A stretch of DNA of 64,000 nt from an uncultured Ignavibacteriales bacterium (lineage in GTDB: Bacteria > Zixibacteria > MSB-5A5 > GN15 > FEB-12): the NCBI GenBank assembly GCA_964464605.1, contig CAYXJN010000005.1:248001-312000 (forward strand), written 5' to 3'. The notes below the pieces were generated by a model. That model worked only from the letters and a program-made list of their open reading frames with translations. It was not told where the DNA came from and searched no databases. This document shows, in pieces, positions 49,377 through 59,559 of the stretch (position 1 is the first letter of the stretch; each line of letters opens with the position of its first letter). The translations under genes and the position numbers were made by a program.

Positions 49377-50993
49377 ATGCGAGCGTTCCGAGCCATTCAT
49401 GCCAAAATGCAATTGCCTGCTGTGATGCTTACCCTGTTCGTGGGTGCATCACACGCAGCCACACCCAATTTAATCAACTATCAGGGGTCACTTGCTACAA
49501 GCGGTGGTGCGCCGGTTCCGGATGCATCTTATTCGGTCCTATTCGCGATTTATTCCGCCCCCTCCGGTGGTTCGACAATCTGGAATGAAACACAGTCAGT
49601 AACCACAACCGGCGGACGGTTCGCCGTATTGCTCGGTTCAATCACGCCGATTGCCGAAGCGCTTTTTTCCGACACGGTACGGTATTTGGGTATCACGGTT
49701 GGCAGTGATCCGGAAATGACCCCCCGTGCCCGGTTAGTCACCGTGCCGTATTCGTTCCGCGTGAGTACGATAGATGGTTCTACCGGCGGATCAGTTACCG
49801 GCAACATCAATCTCGATTTTTCTTCACCATCCTCCGGCAATATCCTTAAAGGTGGTTCATTGTTCCTGCACGATTACGGACCTAACAACATCTTTGCCGG
49901 AATTTCTGCGGGTAATCTTGGCGTGTTTGGAGCCCGCAATTCCGGGTTTGGCGAGCTTGCTCTTAACCTGCTTGATTTTGGGCAAGGCAACAGTGCATTT
50001 GGCTACAGTGCATTGAGAGTTCTCTCTTCAGGCAGCAATAATACGGCAGTTGGAGCGTATGCTCTGGAGCTAAGTCCGGCAGGAAGTAACAATACAGCTC
50101 TCGGTGCGTTTACGCTCATGAACAGTCTTAGCGGACCCAACACCGCCATTGGGGTTGGGGCGTTATCCAGCGCTACTCTGGGTTCCCAAAACACTGCCGT
50201 TGGTGCGGATGCGTTATTGCGGCTTGCCGATGCCGACGATAACACTGCTGTTGGTCATGAAAGTCTCGCCCATAACGTAAGCAGTAATGCAAACTCGGCT
50301 CACGGTTCCTTCGCGCTGCACTATGCGACCAGCGGCTACAACAGCGCAAACGGCTATTTTGCGTTGTACAATACGACAACCGGCGGAGAAAATACTGCTA
50401 TGGGAGCAGCGGCATTAGGCGGCAACACGACTGGGTTTGGCAATACAGCCGTGGGGCGTATGGCGCTTCTCACCAATACAATCGGTAATTTCAATACCTC
50501 CATTGGATTTAGTGCCGATCAATCCACAAACGGTTTGAACAACGCCACCGCAATTGGCGCCTTTGCAGTCGTCAATGCCAGTAACAAGATTCGACTGGGA
50601 AGCCCGTCCGTTTCGGTTATCGAAGGTTCAGTTGCGTACACCTTTACATCGGATGAAAATCAGAAAGAAAACTTCCAATCCGTTGATGGGGAAGACGTGT
50701 TGAAAAAAATTGCCGGATTGAGCGCGACAAGCTGGAACTACAAAGGGCAGGACCCCACACAGTTTCGTCACTATGGTCCGATGGCGCAGGAATTCTACGC
50801 TGCATTTGGGCATGATGGAGTAGGAGCGAGCGGAACGCCGACGACAATTAATTCCGGTGACATGGCCGGTGTTATGTTGATAGCAATACAAACGCTTGAA
50901 AAGCGGACTGCAGAAGTGGAAACATTGAAACAGACAGTTACTGTGCTTCAAGAAGAGCTTGCGGCGTTGAAAAAGGAGTCGATGAAGAAATAG
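49377..50993 (+). CDS. Exported fibre/adhesin-like protein with beta-roll repeats and C-terminal S74 intramolecular chaperone
   Basis: GGAGG RBS and ATG at 49377; signal peptide; INYQG domain; NTAVGxxAL repeats; TSDENQKEN...WNYK...GPMAQ; terminal coiled coil. Confidence 0.85.
   Translation: MRAFRAIHAKMQLPAVMLTLFVGASHAATPNLINYQGSLATSGGAPVPDASYSVLFAIYSAPSGGSTIWNETQSVTTTGGRFAVLLGSITPIAEALFSDTVRYLGITVGSDPEMTPRARLVTVPYSFRVSTIDGSTGGSVTGNINLDFSSPSSGNILKGGSLFLHDYGPNNIFAGISAGNLGVFGARNSGFGELALNLLDFGQGNSAFGYSALRVLSSGSNNTAVGAYALELSPAGSNNTALGAFTLMNSLSGPNTAIGVGALSSATLGSQNTAVGADALLRLADADDNTAVGHESLAHNVSSNANSAHGSFALHYATSGYNSANGYFALYNTTTGGENTAMGAAALGGNTTGFGNTAVGRMALLTNTIGNFNTSIGFSADQSTNGLNNATAIGAFAVVNASNKIRLGSPSVSVIEGSVAYTFTSDENQKENFQSVDGEDVLKKIAGLSATSWNYKGQDPTQFRHYGPMAQEFYAAFGHDGVGASGTPTTINSGDMAGVMLIAIQTLEKRTAEVETLKQTVTVLQEELAALKKESMKK
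49887..50573 (+). repeat. About 14 copies of a 13-14-aa N(T/S)AxGxxAL repeat
   Basis: NIFAGISAG, NSAFGYSAL, NTAVGAYAL ... ATAIGAFAV. Confidence 0.85.
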
Positions 50994-51171
50994 AAACGTT
51001 GTGCGAAAAGTTTGCTCCCATCCCGATTAGCTGAAAAAAGCAAGACATCCTAATTGCTTGGATCTAACAAGAGCAGTTATCGTCTGACTATCACTCGATA
51101 AATGTATACCATTTTGGTATTCATTTCCTGCCTATCATTACTAAAAGTATCTTATTATTAAAGATTGCTTG

Positions 51172-51189
51172 TTGTGAAAGATTTCTCAA
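51172..51189. promoter_or_regulatory. Putative Rex operator
   Basis: TTGTGAA-AGAT-TTCTCAA, one mismatch from TTGTGAA-N4-TTCACAA, 75 nt upstream of ccoI. Confidence 0.7.
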
Positions 51190-51264
51190 TGTAGATTTCG
51201 TAACGACGAGAAAAGCGTCGGACAAACCGAAGTGATGAAGGATTGATACAACTAGTTCTTCCCG

Positions 51265-53685
51265 ATGGGTACAGAAACACTCACGCGTTTGCACTGCTAT
51301 CATTGCGGCCTGCTCTGTCCGGATGATTCGATTGTAAGTACCGATAAGGTCTTCTGCTGTACCGGATGTCTGGCTGTCTATCAATTACTCGTTTCAACCA
51401 AGCTTGATTCATACTACAAAGAGAACGAAAGTGTCGGCAGGCGTCCGAATAGTAACCCGACCGACCGCTTCGCTTATCTTGATTCCCCTGAGATTTACGC
51501 CAAAGCGTTTGAATATCTGGATACTCGATCAGCCAAAGTACGGCTGCATATTCCGCAGATTCACTGTGCATCTTGCATATGGTTATTAGAGAATCTTCAT
51601 CTCCTTGATGCCGGAATAGTTTCTTCACGGGCAAAATTAACGACGCGGGAGCTGACAGTAGAGTTCGATCATACGCACACCAGCCTGCGCAAAGTAGTGG
51701 AGTTGCTTGCCAAGCTTGGCTATGAACCGGATGTGAGTCTGGATGGAGTCAGTAAACCAAAGCGCCGCAATCCGAACTGGCAGCTCTACGCAAAACTTGG
51801 CGTTGCCGGTTTTGCACTTTCCAATATCATGTTATTCAGCTTGCCGGAATATTTAGCCGCGCATGGGATCAATGACTCGTATTTGTCTCTCACGTTTCGT
51901 TATGCCAGCTTACTCTTAGCTTTACCGGTGCTCATCTATTCTGCCGGTGATTACTTCCGCTCGGCGTACTTGGGCATCAAGCAACGGACCATGAATCTGG
52001 ATGTTCCGTTGGCGCTCGGTATCGGAATGCTGTTTGCGCGCAGTGCATACGATATTTTACTCGGTACCGGTCCCGGCTATTTGGATTCATTTACCGGATT
52101 AGTTTTTGTTCTGCTGATCGGAAAGCTGTTTCAGCGATATACGTTTGAGCGGCTCTCGTTTGATCGGGACTATCGTTCTTATTTCCCGATTTCCTGTCTC
52201 AAACGCGAAGGGGAAAAAGAGCAGGTCGTGCATATCAGCGCGCTGCGTTCCGGAGATCATGTCGTTGTTCGCAACAAGGAGATAATTCCGGCCGATTCCT
52301 TTCTGATTTCCGGCAGGGCATGTATTGACTATTCCTTTGTCACCGGTGAGTCGACTCCGCAGGAAGTAGAAGTTGGCCGTCGCCTATTTGCCGGTGGCCG
52401 GCAGGTGGGCGGCGCGATTGAACTGGAAGTCGTCAATGAAGTTTCTGACAGTTATCTGATTTCATTGTGGGAAAATGGGCGCAGTAATTCGCTGCGAACC
52501 CAACCGTCACTGCAACGACTCGCTGATCGTGTAGCCGGCCCGTTTATCGCAATTGTACTATTGATTGCCGCAGTAACAGCCTGGTTTTGGTGGCAGCATG
52601 ATCCGACAAAACTGGTTCATTCGGTTACTTCCGTTCTGTTAGTTGCCTGCCCGTGCGCACTTGCACTTGCCGGACCGTTTGTATTGGGAACGGTTGCGCG
52701 AATATGGGGTGAGAAGGGATTTTTTGTCCGCAGTCCGGAGGTAGTAGAAGAGCTTTCGCAAATAGATGAGATCGTTTTTGATAAAACTGGCACACTTACC
52801 GTTCCAAACATATTTGAGGTAGATTCCAGCCGGCTTGCCCTTTTCGATAAACAAAAAGATATGGTTTCATCATTGGCGCGTCACTCAACGCATCCGTTGA
52901 GCCGTGCGATCGTTCGTTCCTTGAGTAGTACGGCCAATTATCCGGTATCTCATTTTGAAGAAACGCCGGGCAGGGGGATACAAGGAATTGTCGCTGAACG
53001 GACCATTCGCATTGGCACGGCAGAATGGTGTGGTCTAACGCTCGCTAATATGACACAGCGTCCGCATCATACGGCAGGCACCGTCTTTGTTACAGTCGAC
53101 GGGGTGTTTGTTGGTTCGCTTGAGCCGACACATCTGTTTCGCAATTCAATTCCCGACCTTTTTGCCAGGCTCAAACAGCGATTTTCAATATCGGTGCTTT
53201 CCGGTGATCTGCGCGAACAGGAAGCTTCTGTGCGTTCCGTATTAGGTTCTGAACTTGCCATGCAGTTTGCCTGTACCCCTCACGATAAACGTGAATATGT
53301 TACTAATCTCGTCAAGAACGGAAAACGTACGGTAATGATTGGTGACGGGTTGAATGATTCCGGCGCAATTAAAGCGGCTTCGGTCGGGATTTCGGTAACC
53401 GACGATATGTCGGCATTTACCCCGGCATGCGACGGTATTCTTGACGCCGATAAACTCAGTTTGCTTGATCGGTTTCTTCGCATGGCAAAGCAAAGTAGAC
53501 ATGTCATTGTCGCCGCCTATGCGCTTGCGTTAGTTTATAATGTTGTCGGTTTAGCATATGCGGTAACCGGAAACTTGTCGCCGCTAGTATCGGCAATTCT
53601 TATGCCGATCAGCTCCATCACTATCGTGTTATTCTCAACACTGATAACCCGCCGCGTTGCACAACGAGAAGGGTTGCTCTCGTGA
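51265..53685 (+). CDS. ccoI: Cu-translocating P1B ATPase for cbb3 assembly (CcoI/FixI)
   Basis: CYHCG..CCTGC domain, HCASC, TGES, CPC, DKTGT and GDGLND motifs. Confidence 0.92.
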   Translation: MGTETLTRLHCYHCGLLCPDDSIVSTDKVFCCTGCLAVYQLLVSTKLDSYYKENESVGRRPNSNPTDRFAYLDSPEIYAKAFEYLDTRSAKVRLHIPQIHCASCIWLLENLHLLDAGIVSSRAKLTTRELTVEFDHTHTSLRKVVELLAKLGYEPDVSLDGVSKPKRRNPNWQLYAKLGVAGFALSNIMLFSLPEYLAAHGINDSYLSLTFRYASLLLALPVLIYSAGDYFRSAYLGIKQRTMNLDVPLALGIGMLFARSAYDILLGTGPGYLDSFTGLVFVLLIGKLFQRYTFERLSFDRDYRSYFPISCLKREGEKEQVVHISALRSGDHVVVRNKEIIPADSFLISGRACIDYSFVTGESTPQEVEVGRRLFAGGRQVGGAIELEVVNEVSDSYLISLWENGRSNSLRTQPSLQRLADRVAGPFIAIVLLIAAVTAWFWWQHDPTKLVHSVTSVLLVACPCALALAGPFVLGTVARIWGEKGFFVRSPEVVEELSQIDEIVFDKTGTLTVPNIFEVDSSRLALFDKQKDMVSSLARHSTHPLSRAIVRSLSSTANYPVSHFEETPGRGIQGIVAERTIRIGTAEWCGLTLANMTQRPHHTAGTVFVTVDGVFVGSLEPTHLFRNSIPDLFARLKQRFSISVLSGDLREQEASVRSVLGSELAMQFACTPHDKREYVTNLVKNGKRTVMIGDGLNDSGAIKAASVGISVTDDMSAFTPACDGILDADKLSLLDRFLRMAKQSRHVIVAAYALALVYNVVGLAYAVTGNLSPLVSAILMPISSITIVLFSTLITRRVAQREGLLS

Positions 53686-53870
53686 GCGTCATTCTCGTTT
53701 TATTGGTTGCATCTGTTCTCGTCGCCGCCGGCTTTCTGGTGGCGTTTCTGTGGGCGGTGCGAAACGAGCAATATGATGATTTCGATACACCGGCGGTACG
53801 GATACTCTTCGACAATCCGGCCGCGACACCTGATACTGAAAATAAAAACGCTTCCACCGGGGAGAATTAA
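53682..53870 (+). CDS. ccoS: cbb3 oxidase maturation protein
   Basis: FLWAVRNEQYDD..TPAVRILFD signature. Confidence 0.93.
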   Translation: MSVILVLLVASVLVAAGFLVAFLWAVRNEQYDDFDTPAVRILFDNPAATPDTENKNASTGEN

Positions 53871-53873
53871 TGT

Positions 53874-56018
53874 ATGTCGGTTGAATCATTTTCGTATGAC
53901 AACAAAATAGTCCGCAACTTCGCCCTTGCATCGCTCTTGTGGGGTGCGGTGGGCATGTTAGTCGGATTGATTGTTGCCATTGAACTCTATTTCCCAGGAT
54001 TGAGTCTTGATAGTCCGTATCTGACTTTTTCCCGCATCCGTCCGCTGCATACGAACGCGGTAATTTTCGCCTTTGTCGGCAACGGAATTTTCATGGGCGT
54101 GTATTACTCGCTGCAGCGATTGTGCAAAGCGAGAATGTTCAGTGATACCCTTAGTAACCTCCATTTCTGGGGGTGGCAGTTGATAATCGTTGCTGCTGCT
54201 ATCAGTCTTCCGTTGGGGTTCACTACCAGCAAGGAGTACGCTGAACTTGAATGGCCGATCGATATTCTCATTGCGGTTGTCTGGATTATCTTCGGATGGA
54301 ACATGTTCGGCACGATTGCAAAACGGCGGGAAAAGCATTTGTACGTTGCTATCTGGTTTTATATTGCCACCTGGGTAACGGTAACGATGCTGCACGTGGT
54401 CAATTCGCTTGAGCTTCCGGTATCATTCATGAAGAGCTATCCGATTTACGCCGGTGTACAGGATGCGCTGGTGCAGTGGTGGTACGGTCATAATGCGGTC
54501 GCGTTCTTTCTTACCACTCCCTATTTAGGGCTGATGTATTATTTCATGCCGAAAGCGGCCGACCGGCCAGTTTTCTCCTATCGACTTTCTATTATTCACT
54601 TCTGGGCGCTTGTGTTTTTATATATCTGGGCCGGGCCGCACCATCTGTTGTATTCCTCGTTGCCTGATTGGGCGCAGTCGCTGGGCACGGTATTCTCGAT
54701 TATGCTGCTTGCACCCTCATGGGGTGGCATGCTGAACGGGTTGCTGACGCTTCGGGGCGCATGGGATAAGGTGCGGGAAGATGTCGTATTGAAATTCATG
54801 GTAGTTGCGGTTACCGCTTACGGAATGGCGACCTTTGAAGGGCCGCTTTTGTCAATAAAGAGCGTCAACGCGCTGTCTCATTTTACCGACTGGACGATTG
54901 CCCATGTGCATATCGGAGCCCTCGGGTGGAACGGGTTTTTGACTTTCGGTATTCTCTATTGGCTGATTCCCCGGCTGTACAAAACGAAATTATATTCTGA
55001 CAAACTGGCCAACCTGCATTTCTGGATTGGTACTATCGGCATCGTCGTCTATGCGCTTCCGATGTACTTTGCCGGTATCACTCAGGGATTGATGTGGAAA
55101 GAGTTTACCCCGGAAGGAATTCTCAAATATCCTAATTTTCTTGAGACTGTTCAGCAGTTGATACCGATGTACATTATACGGTCAGTCGGTGGAACGCTGT
55201 ATTTGGCCGGTGTCATCGTCGGTATTTATAACGTGTTCAAAACGATGAAACAGGGTCGACTGCTTGCTGATGAACCGGCTCAAGCTCAGGCGCTTGTTCA
55301 CGAAGCGCCGACGGCGCCAAAAGCACGTTTCACCCATCGGGCGCTGGAAGGGAAAGCTGTTCCCTTTACTATTTTGGCGGTAATCGCTGTCGTTATCGGC
55401 GGCCTGATCGAAATGCTGCCGACGTTTCTGGTAAAATCAAATATACCGACTATCGCCGCCGTCACGCCGCTTTCACCGTTGGAGCTTGAAGGGCGCGATC
55501 TTTACATTCGCGACGGGTGCAATAACTGTCATTCACAGTTGATTCGTCCCTTCCGCTCAGAAACGGAGCGGTACGGTGATTATTCAAAAGCGGGTGAATA
55601 TGTGTTTGACCATCCCTTCCTGTGGGGTTCAAAACGAACCGGTCCGGATCTCACGCGGGTAGGCGGGAAGTATCCTGACGCCTGGCATTTCAATCATATG
55701 AATGACCCGACATCGATGTCACCCGGTTCAATTATGCCGAAATTCCCCTGGTTAGCCGAGAATACGCTTGATACTGAATCGACGGCGTCAAAAATCCGTG
55801 CGTTGCGCGCCCTGGGCGTCCCATACGCAAACAACTACGACCAGCAGGCGAATGCAGATTTGACTCGACAGGCTGATTCGATCTCAGTCAATCTGCGCGA
55901 TGCAGGTATCGATTGTGCAAGCGATAAAGAGATTATTGCGTTGATTGCCTATTTGCAGCGGCTCGGCGCCGATATTAAAAATGCCGGACAACAGGCAAAT
56001 CTGCCGGAAGGGAGGTAG
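53874..56018 (+). CDS. ccoN: cbb3-type cytochrome c oxidase fused subunits I/II (CcoNO)
   Basis: RPLHT, WWYGHNAV, GPHH and AHVH motifs, then CcoO CNNCHSQ and WGSKRTGPDL in the same ORF. Confidence 0.96.
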   Translation: MSVESFSYDNKIVRNFALASLLWGAVGMLVGLIVAIELYFPGLSLDSPYLTFSRIRPLHTNAVIFAFVGNGIFMGVYYSLQRLCKARMFSDTLSNLHFWGWQLIIVAAAISLPLGFTTSKEYAELEWPIDILIAVVWIIFGWNMFGTIAKRREKHLYVAIWFYIATWVTVTMLHVVNSLELPVSFMKSYPIYAGVQDALVQWWYGHNAVAFFLTTPYLGLMYYFMPKAADRPVFSYRLSIIHFWALVFLYIWAGPHHLLYSSLPDWAQSLGTVFSIMLLAPSWGGMLNGLLTLRGAWDKVREDVVLKFMVVAVTAYGMATFEGPLLSIKSVNALSHFTDWTIAHVHIGALGWNGFLTFGILYWLIPRLYKTKLYSDKLANLHFWIGTIGIVVYALPMYFAGITQGLMWKEFTPEGILKYPNFLETVQQLIPMYIIRSVGGTLYLAGVIVGIYNVFKTMKQGRLLADEPAQAQALVHEAPTAPKARFTHRALEGKAVPFTILAVIAVVIGGLIEMLPTFLVKSNIPTIAAVTPLSPLELEGRDLYIRDGCNNCHSQLIRPFRSETERYGDYSKAGEYVFDHPFLWGSKRTGPDLTRVGGKYPDAWHFNHMNDPTSMSPGSIMPKFPWLAENTLDTESTASKIRALRALGVPYANNYDQQANADLTRQADSISVNLRDAGIDCASDKEIIALIAYLQRLGADIKNAGQQANLPEGR

Positions 56019-56021
56019 CCG

Positions 56022-56210
56022 ATGCTGCGTGAAGCTATACTGAATGTCGATAATATAGAAGTATTCGGCGCGATAGCGCTAGTTGTCATGCTTCTGGTTT
56101 TTGCCGGAGTTATTGTCTGGGTCGTCCGGCTCGACAAGCAGGTTATCGATACGCTCGGACGTTTGCCGCTTGATTCTGCAGCGAAAGGAGAGGAGGCCGA
56201 CCGTGTCTGA
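56022..56210 (+). CDS. ccoQ: cbb3 oxidase small subunit
   Basis: 62 aa, one TM, LPLD motif, position between ccoO and ccoP. Confidence 0.8.
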   Translation: MLREAILNVDNIEVFGAIALVVMLLVFAGVIVWVVRLDKQVIDTLGRLPLDSAAKGEEADRV

Positions 56211-56868
56211 AAATTACGATGAAAAACTCATGACTGATCATGAGTATGACGGTATTTACGAACTGGATAATGATCTCCCGCAATGGTGGGTGTGGCTGTT
56301 CAATCTCTGTATCGTCTGGGCTGTTTTATACATGGCATATTTCCATATTTTGGGAATAGGCTATCTCAGTGCCGATGAATATAAAAAAGAAGTAAACCCC
56401 AATTATGTTCGTTCAGAAAGCGGGCCACCGAAACTTTTCGGCATTTTCCCCGAATACCGGCCGGTATATTACGATGATAAGCAACATCGCCGGGCTGTCG
56501 GCGTACCGCTGAAAGTGTTTGTCGAGGAAAAGCGTGAAAGCGATACCATGACGTATGTCGCCTTGACCGATCAGGCATCGCTTGCAGGCGGCAAGGAGAT
56601 ATTTACCGCCAAGTGTGTTTCCTGCCACGGCAAATTTGGTGAGGGAGGGATCGGACCAAATCTCACCGATCAATACTGGCTGCACGGCGGAGACTTCAGC
56701 AATATCCTGAAGACCGTCAAGTTCGGCGTTCCGACAAAGGGAATGATAACCTGGCGATATGAACTCAAACCCGAGCAGATTCTGCAGGTTGCCAGTTTTG
56801 TCGCGACATTACAAGGTACAAACCCGCCGAACGGCAAGGCGCCACAGGGAGAATTACTGACGAAATAA
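56203..56868 (+). CDS. ccoP: cbb3 oxidase subunit III (monohaem)
   Basis: GTG at 56203; DHEYDGIYELDNDLPQWW, a single CVSCH, and GPNLTD..WLHG. Confidence 0.92.
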   Translation: MSENYDEKLMTDHEYDGIYELDNDLPQWWVWLFNLCIVWAVLYMAYFHILGIGYLSADEYKKEVNPNYVRSESGPPKLFGIFPEYRPVYYDDKQHRRAVGVPLKVFVEEKRESDTMTYVALTDQASLAGGKEIFTAKCVSCHGKFGEGGIGPNLTDQYWLHGGDFSNILKTVKFGVPTKGMITWRYELKPEQILQVASFVATLQGTNPPNGKAPQGELLTK

Positions 56869-56875
56869 ACGGAAT

Positions 56876-58267
56876 ATGAACGATTCATTTCGGGATACGC
56901 TGGCGACCATCGATAAGCGAGGGAAACGGATGTGGGTTTATCCTACGCAACCGAAGGGAAAATACTACTCTATCCGGACTGTGCTTTCCTTTTTCCTGCT
57001 CGCATTTTTGTTCGGTGCGCCGTTTATCCGGGTGGATGGACATCCGTTTCTCCAGTTCGATATACTCAACCGGCATTTTTATATTTTCGGATTGGTCTTC
57101 TGGCCGCAGGATCTCCATTTGTTCGTGCTGGCAGGCATAACTTTTTTCGTGTTTATCATTCTCTTTACCACCGTTTATGGCCGGTTGTTCTGCGGATGGA
57201 TTTGCCCGCAGACGATTTTTCTTGAGATGGTATTCCGTAAAATCGAATACATCATTGAAGGAAACGGGCCAAGGCAGAAACAACTTGATCATGCGGAATG
57301 GTCGCCGCAGAAACTGTTCAAAAAGAGCAGCAAGCTCATTATTTTTTATGCGATCGCGTTTCTTATCGGCAACACGTTTCTCGCTTACATTATAGGTATC
57401 GAGAGTCTCTGGGATATCGTTTCCTCGCCGCCAACGGAACATCTTACCGGTTTTATCGCCATGGTGATTTTTTCTTTTATCTTCTTCTGGGTATTCACCT
57501 GGTTTCGGGAGCAAGCCTGTACCCTTGTTTGTCCGTACGGGCGCCTGCAGGGGGTCTTGCTCGACAAAAACTCAATGGTGGTTATGTATGATTTCAAACG
57601 GGGTGAGCCGCGCGGACCGGCCAAGCGCAATCAAACGCGTGTGGGTGGTGATTGTATCGAATGTGACGCCTGTGTGAGAGTATGTCCGACCGGAATCGAC
57701 ATTCGTAACGGCATACAACTGGAGTGTGTTAACTGTACGGCATGTATGGATGCTTGCGACCGGACGATGGAGCGAATGAAATTTCCGACCGGCCTTATTC
57801 GTTATGCTTCGCAAGATCAGATTACCTACGGCGGATCGCGAAAAATAACACCGCGAATCATACTATATTCGACAATATTTCTTGTTCTTCTCGGAGTCAC
57901 GTCGACGCTGCTGATTTTACGATCGGAAGTCGAAGCATCCATCCTGCGGACGACCGGGTCGCTCTATGAAGAATTGCCGGACGGGAACATCCGAAACCTC
58001 TATACTATTCGGGTGACGAACAAAACGTCAAAAGAACTGCCTGTCACGCTCAAGCTTGCCGGCAACCGCGGGACTATTGAACTGGTCGGACCGGAACTAA
58101 CCGCCCCGCCCAACGGGCAGGACCAATCGGTTTTTACCATCGTTATTCCGAAAAAAAATCTTTTCACATCGAATACGCCGGTTGTTGTTGAATTGTATTC
58201 TCAGGATGAACTTCTGGAAACAGTTCCTACAACTTTCGACGGACCGATGCCGGGAAAATCAAAATGA
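56876..58267 (+). CDS. ccoG: cbb3 accessory ferredoxin-like protein (CcoG/FixG)
   Basis: FCGWICPQ, CPYGRLQ, CIECDACVRVCP and CVNCTACMDAC motifs. Confidence 0.95.
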   Translation: MNDSFRDTLATIDKRGKRMWVYPTQPKGKYYSIRTVLSFFLLAFLFGAPFIRVDGHPFLQFDILNRHFYIFGLVFWPQDLHLFVLAGITFFVFIILFTTVYGRLFCGWICPQTIFLEMVFRKIEYIIEGNGPRQKQLDHAEWSPQKLFKKSSKLIIFYAIAFLIGNTFLAYIIGIESLWDIVSSPPTEHLTGFIAMVIFSFIFFWVFTWFREQACTLVCPYGRLQGVLLDKNSMVVMYDFKRGEPRGPAKRNQTRVGGDCIECDACVRVCPTGIDIRNGIQLECVNCTACMDACDRTMERMKFPTGLIRYASQDQITYGGSRKITPRIILYSTIFLVLLGVTSTLLILRSEVEASILRTTGSLYEELPDGNIRNLYTIRVTNKTSKELPVTLKLAGNRGTIELVGPELTAPPNGQDQSVFTIVIPKKNLFTSNTPVVVELYSQDELLETVPTTFDGPMPGKSK

Positions 58268-58743
58268 CTCAGCAAAAACCAAAAAGCCTGTGGGGGAAAG
58301 GGGTCTGGATAGCCTACGGCACTTTTGTATTGTTCATGCTCGGAATTGTTGCCTTTGCAGCGTACCAGCATTTTGATCTGGTCGAGCCGGATTATTACGA
58401 GAAAGGGCTTGAGTACCAGCATCGGCTTGATGGGTCTGCCAGAACCCGAACAGAGCAAAAGCAGCCCGTCATATCATTCACGTCTGACTTGAAGCAGATA
58501 CAAATCTGCTTTCCGCACAGTGAGGCTGCCGATGTCATGAAAGGTACGATTTTGTTCTTTCGACCGTCGACTGCGGCTTACGACATTCGTGATTCGCTTA
58601 CTCTTGATGCAAGTGGCTGCCAGACGATAATGGATACACGGCTTATGCCGGGCTATTGGCGTGTCAAAATCGATTGGATAGAAAACAGTCAGCAATACTA
58701 TTATGAGCAGCAGCTCTTTCTTGAAACGGAGCAGGGCAGATGA
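58264..58743 (+). CDS. ccoH: FixH/CcoH family protein
   Basis: TM, DLVEPDYYEKGLEYQ, FRPS...D and GYW motifs. Confidence 0.85.
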   Translation: MTQQKPKSLWGKGVWIAYGTFVLFMLGIVAFAAYQHFDLVEPDYYEKGLEYQHRLDGSARTRTEQKQPVISFTSDLKQIQICFPHSEAADVMKGTILFFRPSTAAYDIRDSLTLDASGCQTIMDTRLMPGYWRVKIDWIENSQQYYYEQQLFLETEQGR

Positions 58744-59468
58744 TGGAAGGTATGCTCTGGTCGGCGCTGTCATTGGGCTTTATCGGTAGCCTGCACTGCG
58801 TATGCATGTGCGGACCGATTGCCGTTGCGTTGCCCAAACAGGCGAAGAATAAATTTACCTTCATCGTAAATCGCCTGATATACAATGTGGGAAGAGTATT
58901 AACCTATGTCCTGTTAGGGAGTGTTTGCGGAGTCGTCGGTGGAATAATTGCGATGGCGGGATTTCAACAGGTCATGTCGATCGCTGCCGGAATAGCAATC
59001 ATCGCAGCTTTATGCGTGCCGAAACTGACTCGGCTGCTCAATACTGATGCATCGATTCTCAAATTTGTAAATCGTGTTGGAGATACGTGGCGGCGACTGT
59101 TTAACTCACCGCGCGCGCTTTCTTTTTTGGGGATAGGCGTTCTCAACGGATTCCTGCCGTGCGGTTTGTTGTACGTTGCTTTGGTAGCGGCAGCAACAAG
59201 CGCCGGAGCGGTTCAAGGTGCGGAATATATGCTGCTTTTTGGATTAGGCACGTTCCCGGCTATGCTGCTTATTTCCGTGATGGGCGGCTTGCTGCCGCTT
59301 TGGTTGCGCCGGACAGCATCGCGCGCCATTCCTGCCGGGGCCATGCTTTTGGCCGTATTGTTAGTGTTGCGGGGACTGTCATTGGGAATTCCGTATATAA
59401 GCCCGAATCTGAATGCATCGAAACCTGCGGGTGCATCACCGACTGCCGTGCATGATTGCTGCAAATAA
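58740..59468 (+). CDS. DsbD_2/TauE-like membrane protein of the cbb3 cluster
   Basis: GSLHCVCMCGP, YNVGR, GFLPCGLLY and FGLGT motifs. Confidence 0.9.
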   Translation: MMEGMLWSALSLGFIGSLHCVCMCGPIAVALPKQAKNKFTFIVNRLIYNVGRVLTYVLLGSVCGVVGGIIAMAGFQQVMSIAAGIAIIAALCVPKLTRLLNTDASILKFVNRVGDTWRRLFNSPRALSFLGIGVLNGFLPCGLLYVALVAAATSAGAVQGAEYMLLFGLGTFPAMLLISVMGGLLPLWLRRTASRAIPAGAMLLAVLLVLRGLSLGIPYISPNLNASKPAGASPTAVHDCCK

Positions 59469-59559
59469 TGCTGAAGGCAAGATGGAAGAACGCTTTTGTA
59501 TCTGGGCGTCGACTTCTGCTACTTGTTTCTTCTGGTTAGGCGCGTGAAAGGCGCACTGC

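Noticed and set aside
48566..50993. Prophage (SRAP + tail-fibre-like gene)
   Set aside because: No integrase, capsid, terminase or other phage genes; the fibre has a signal peptide
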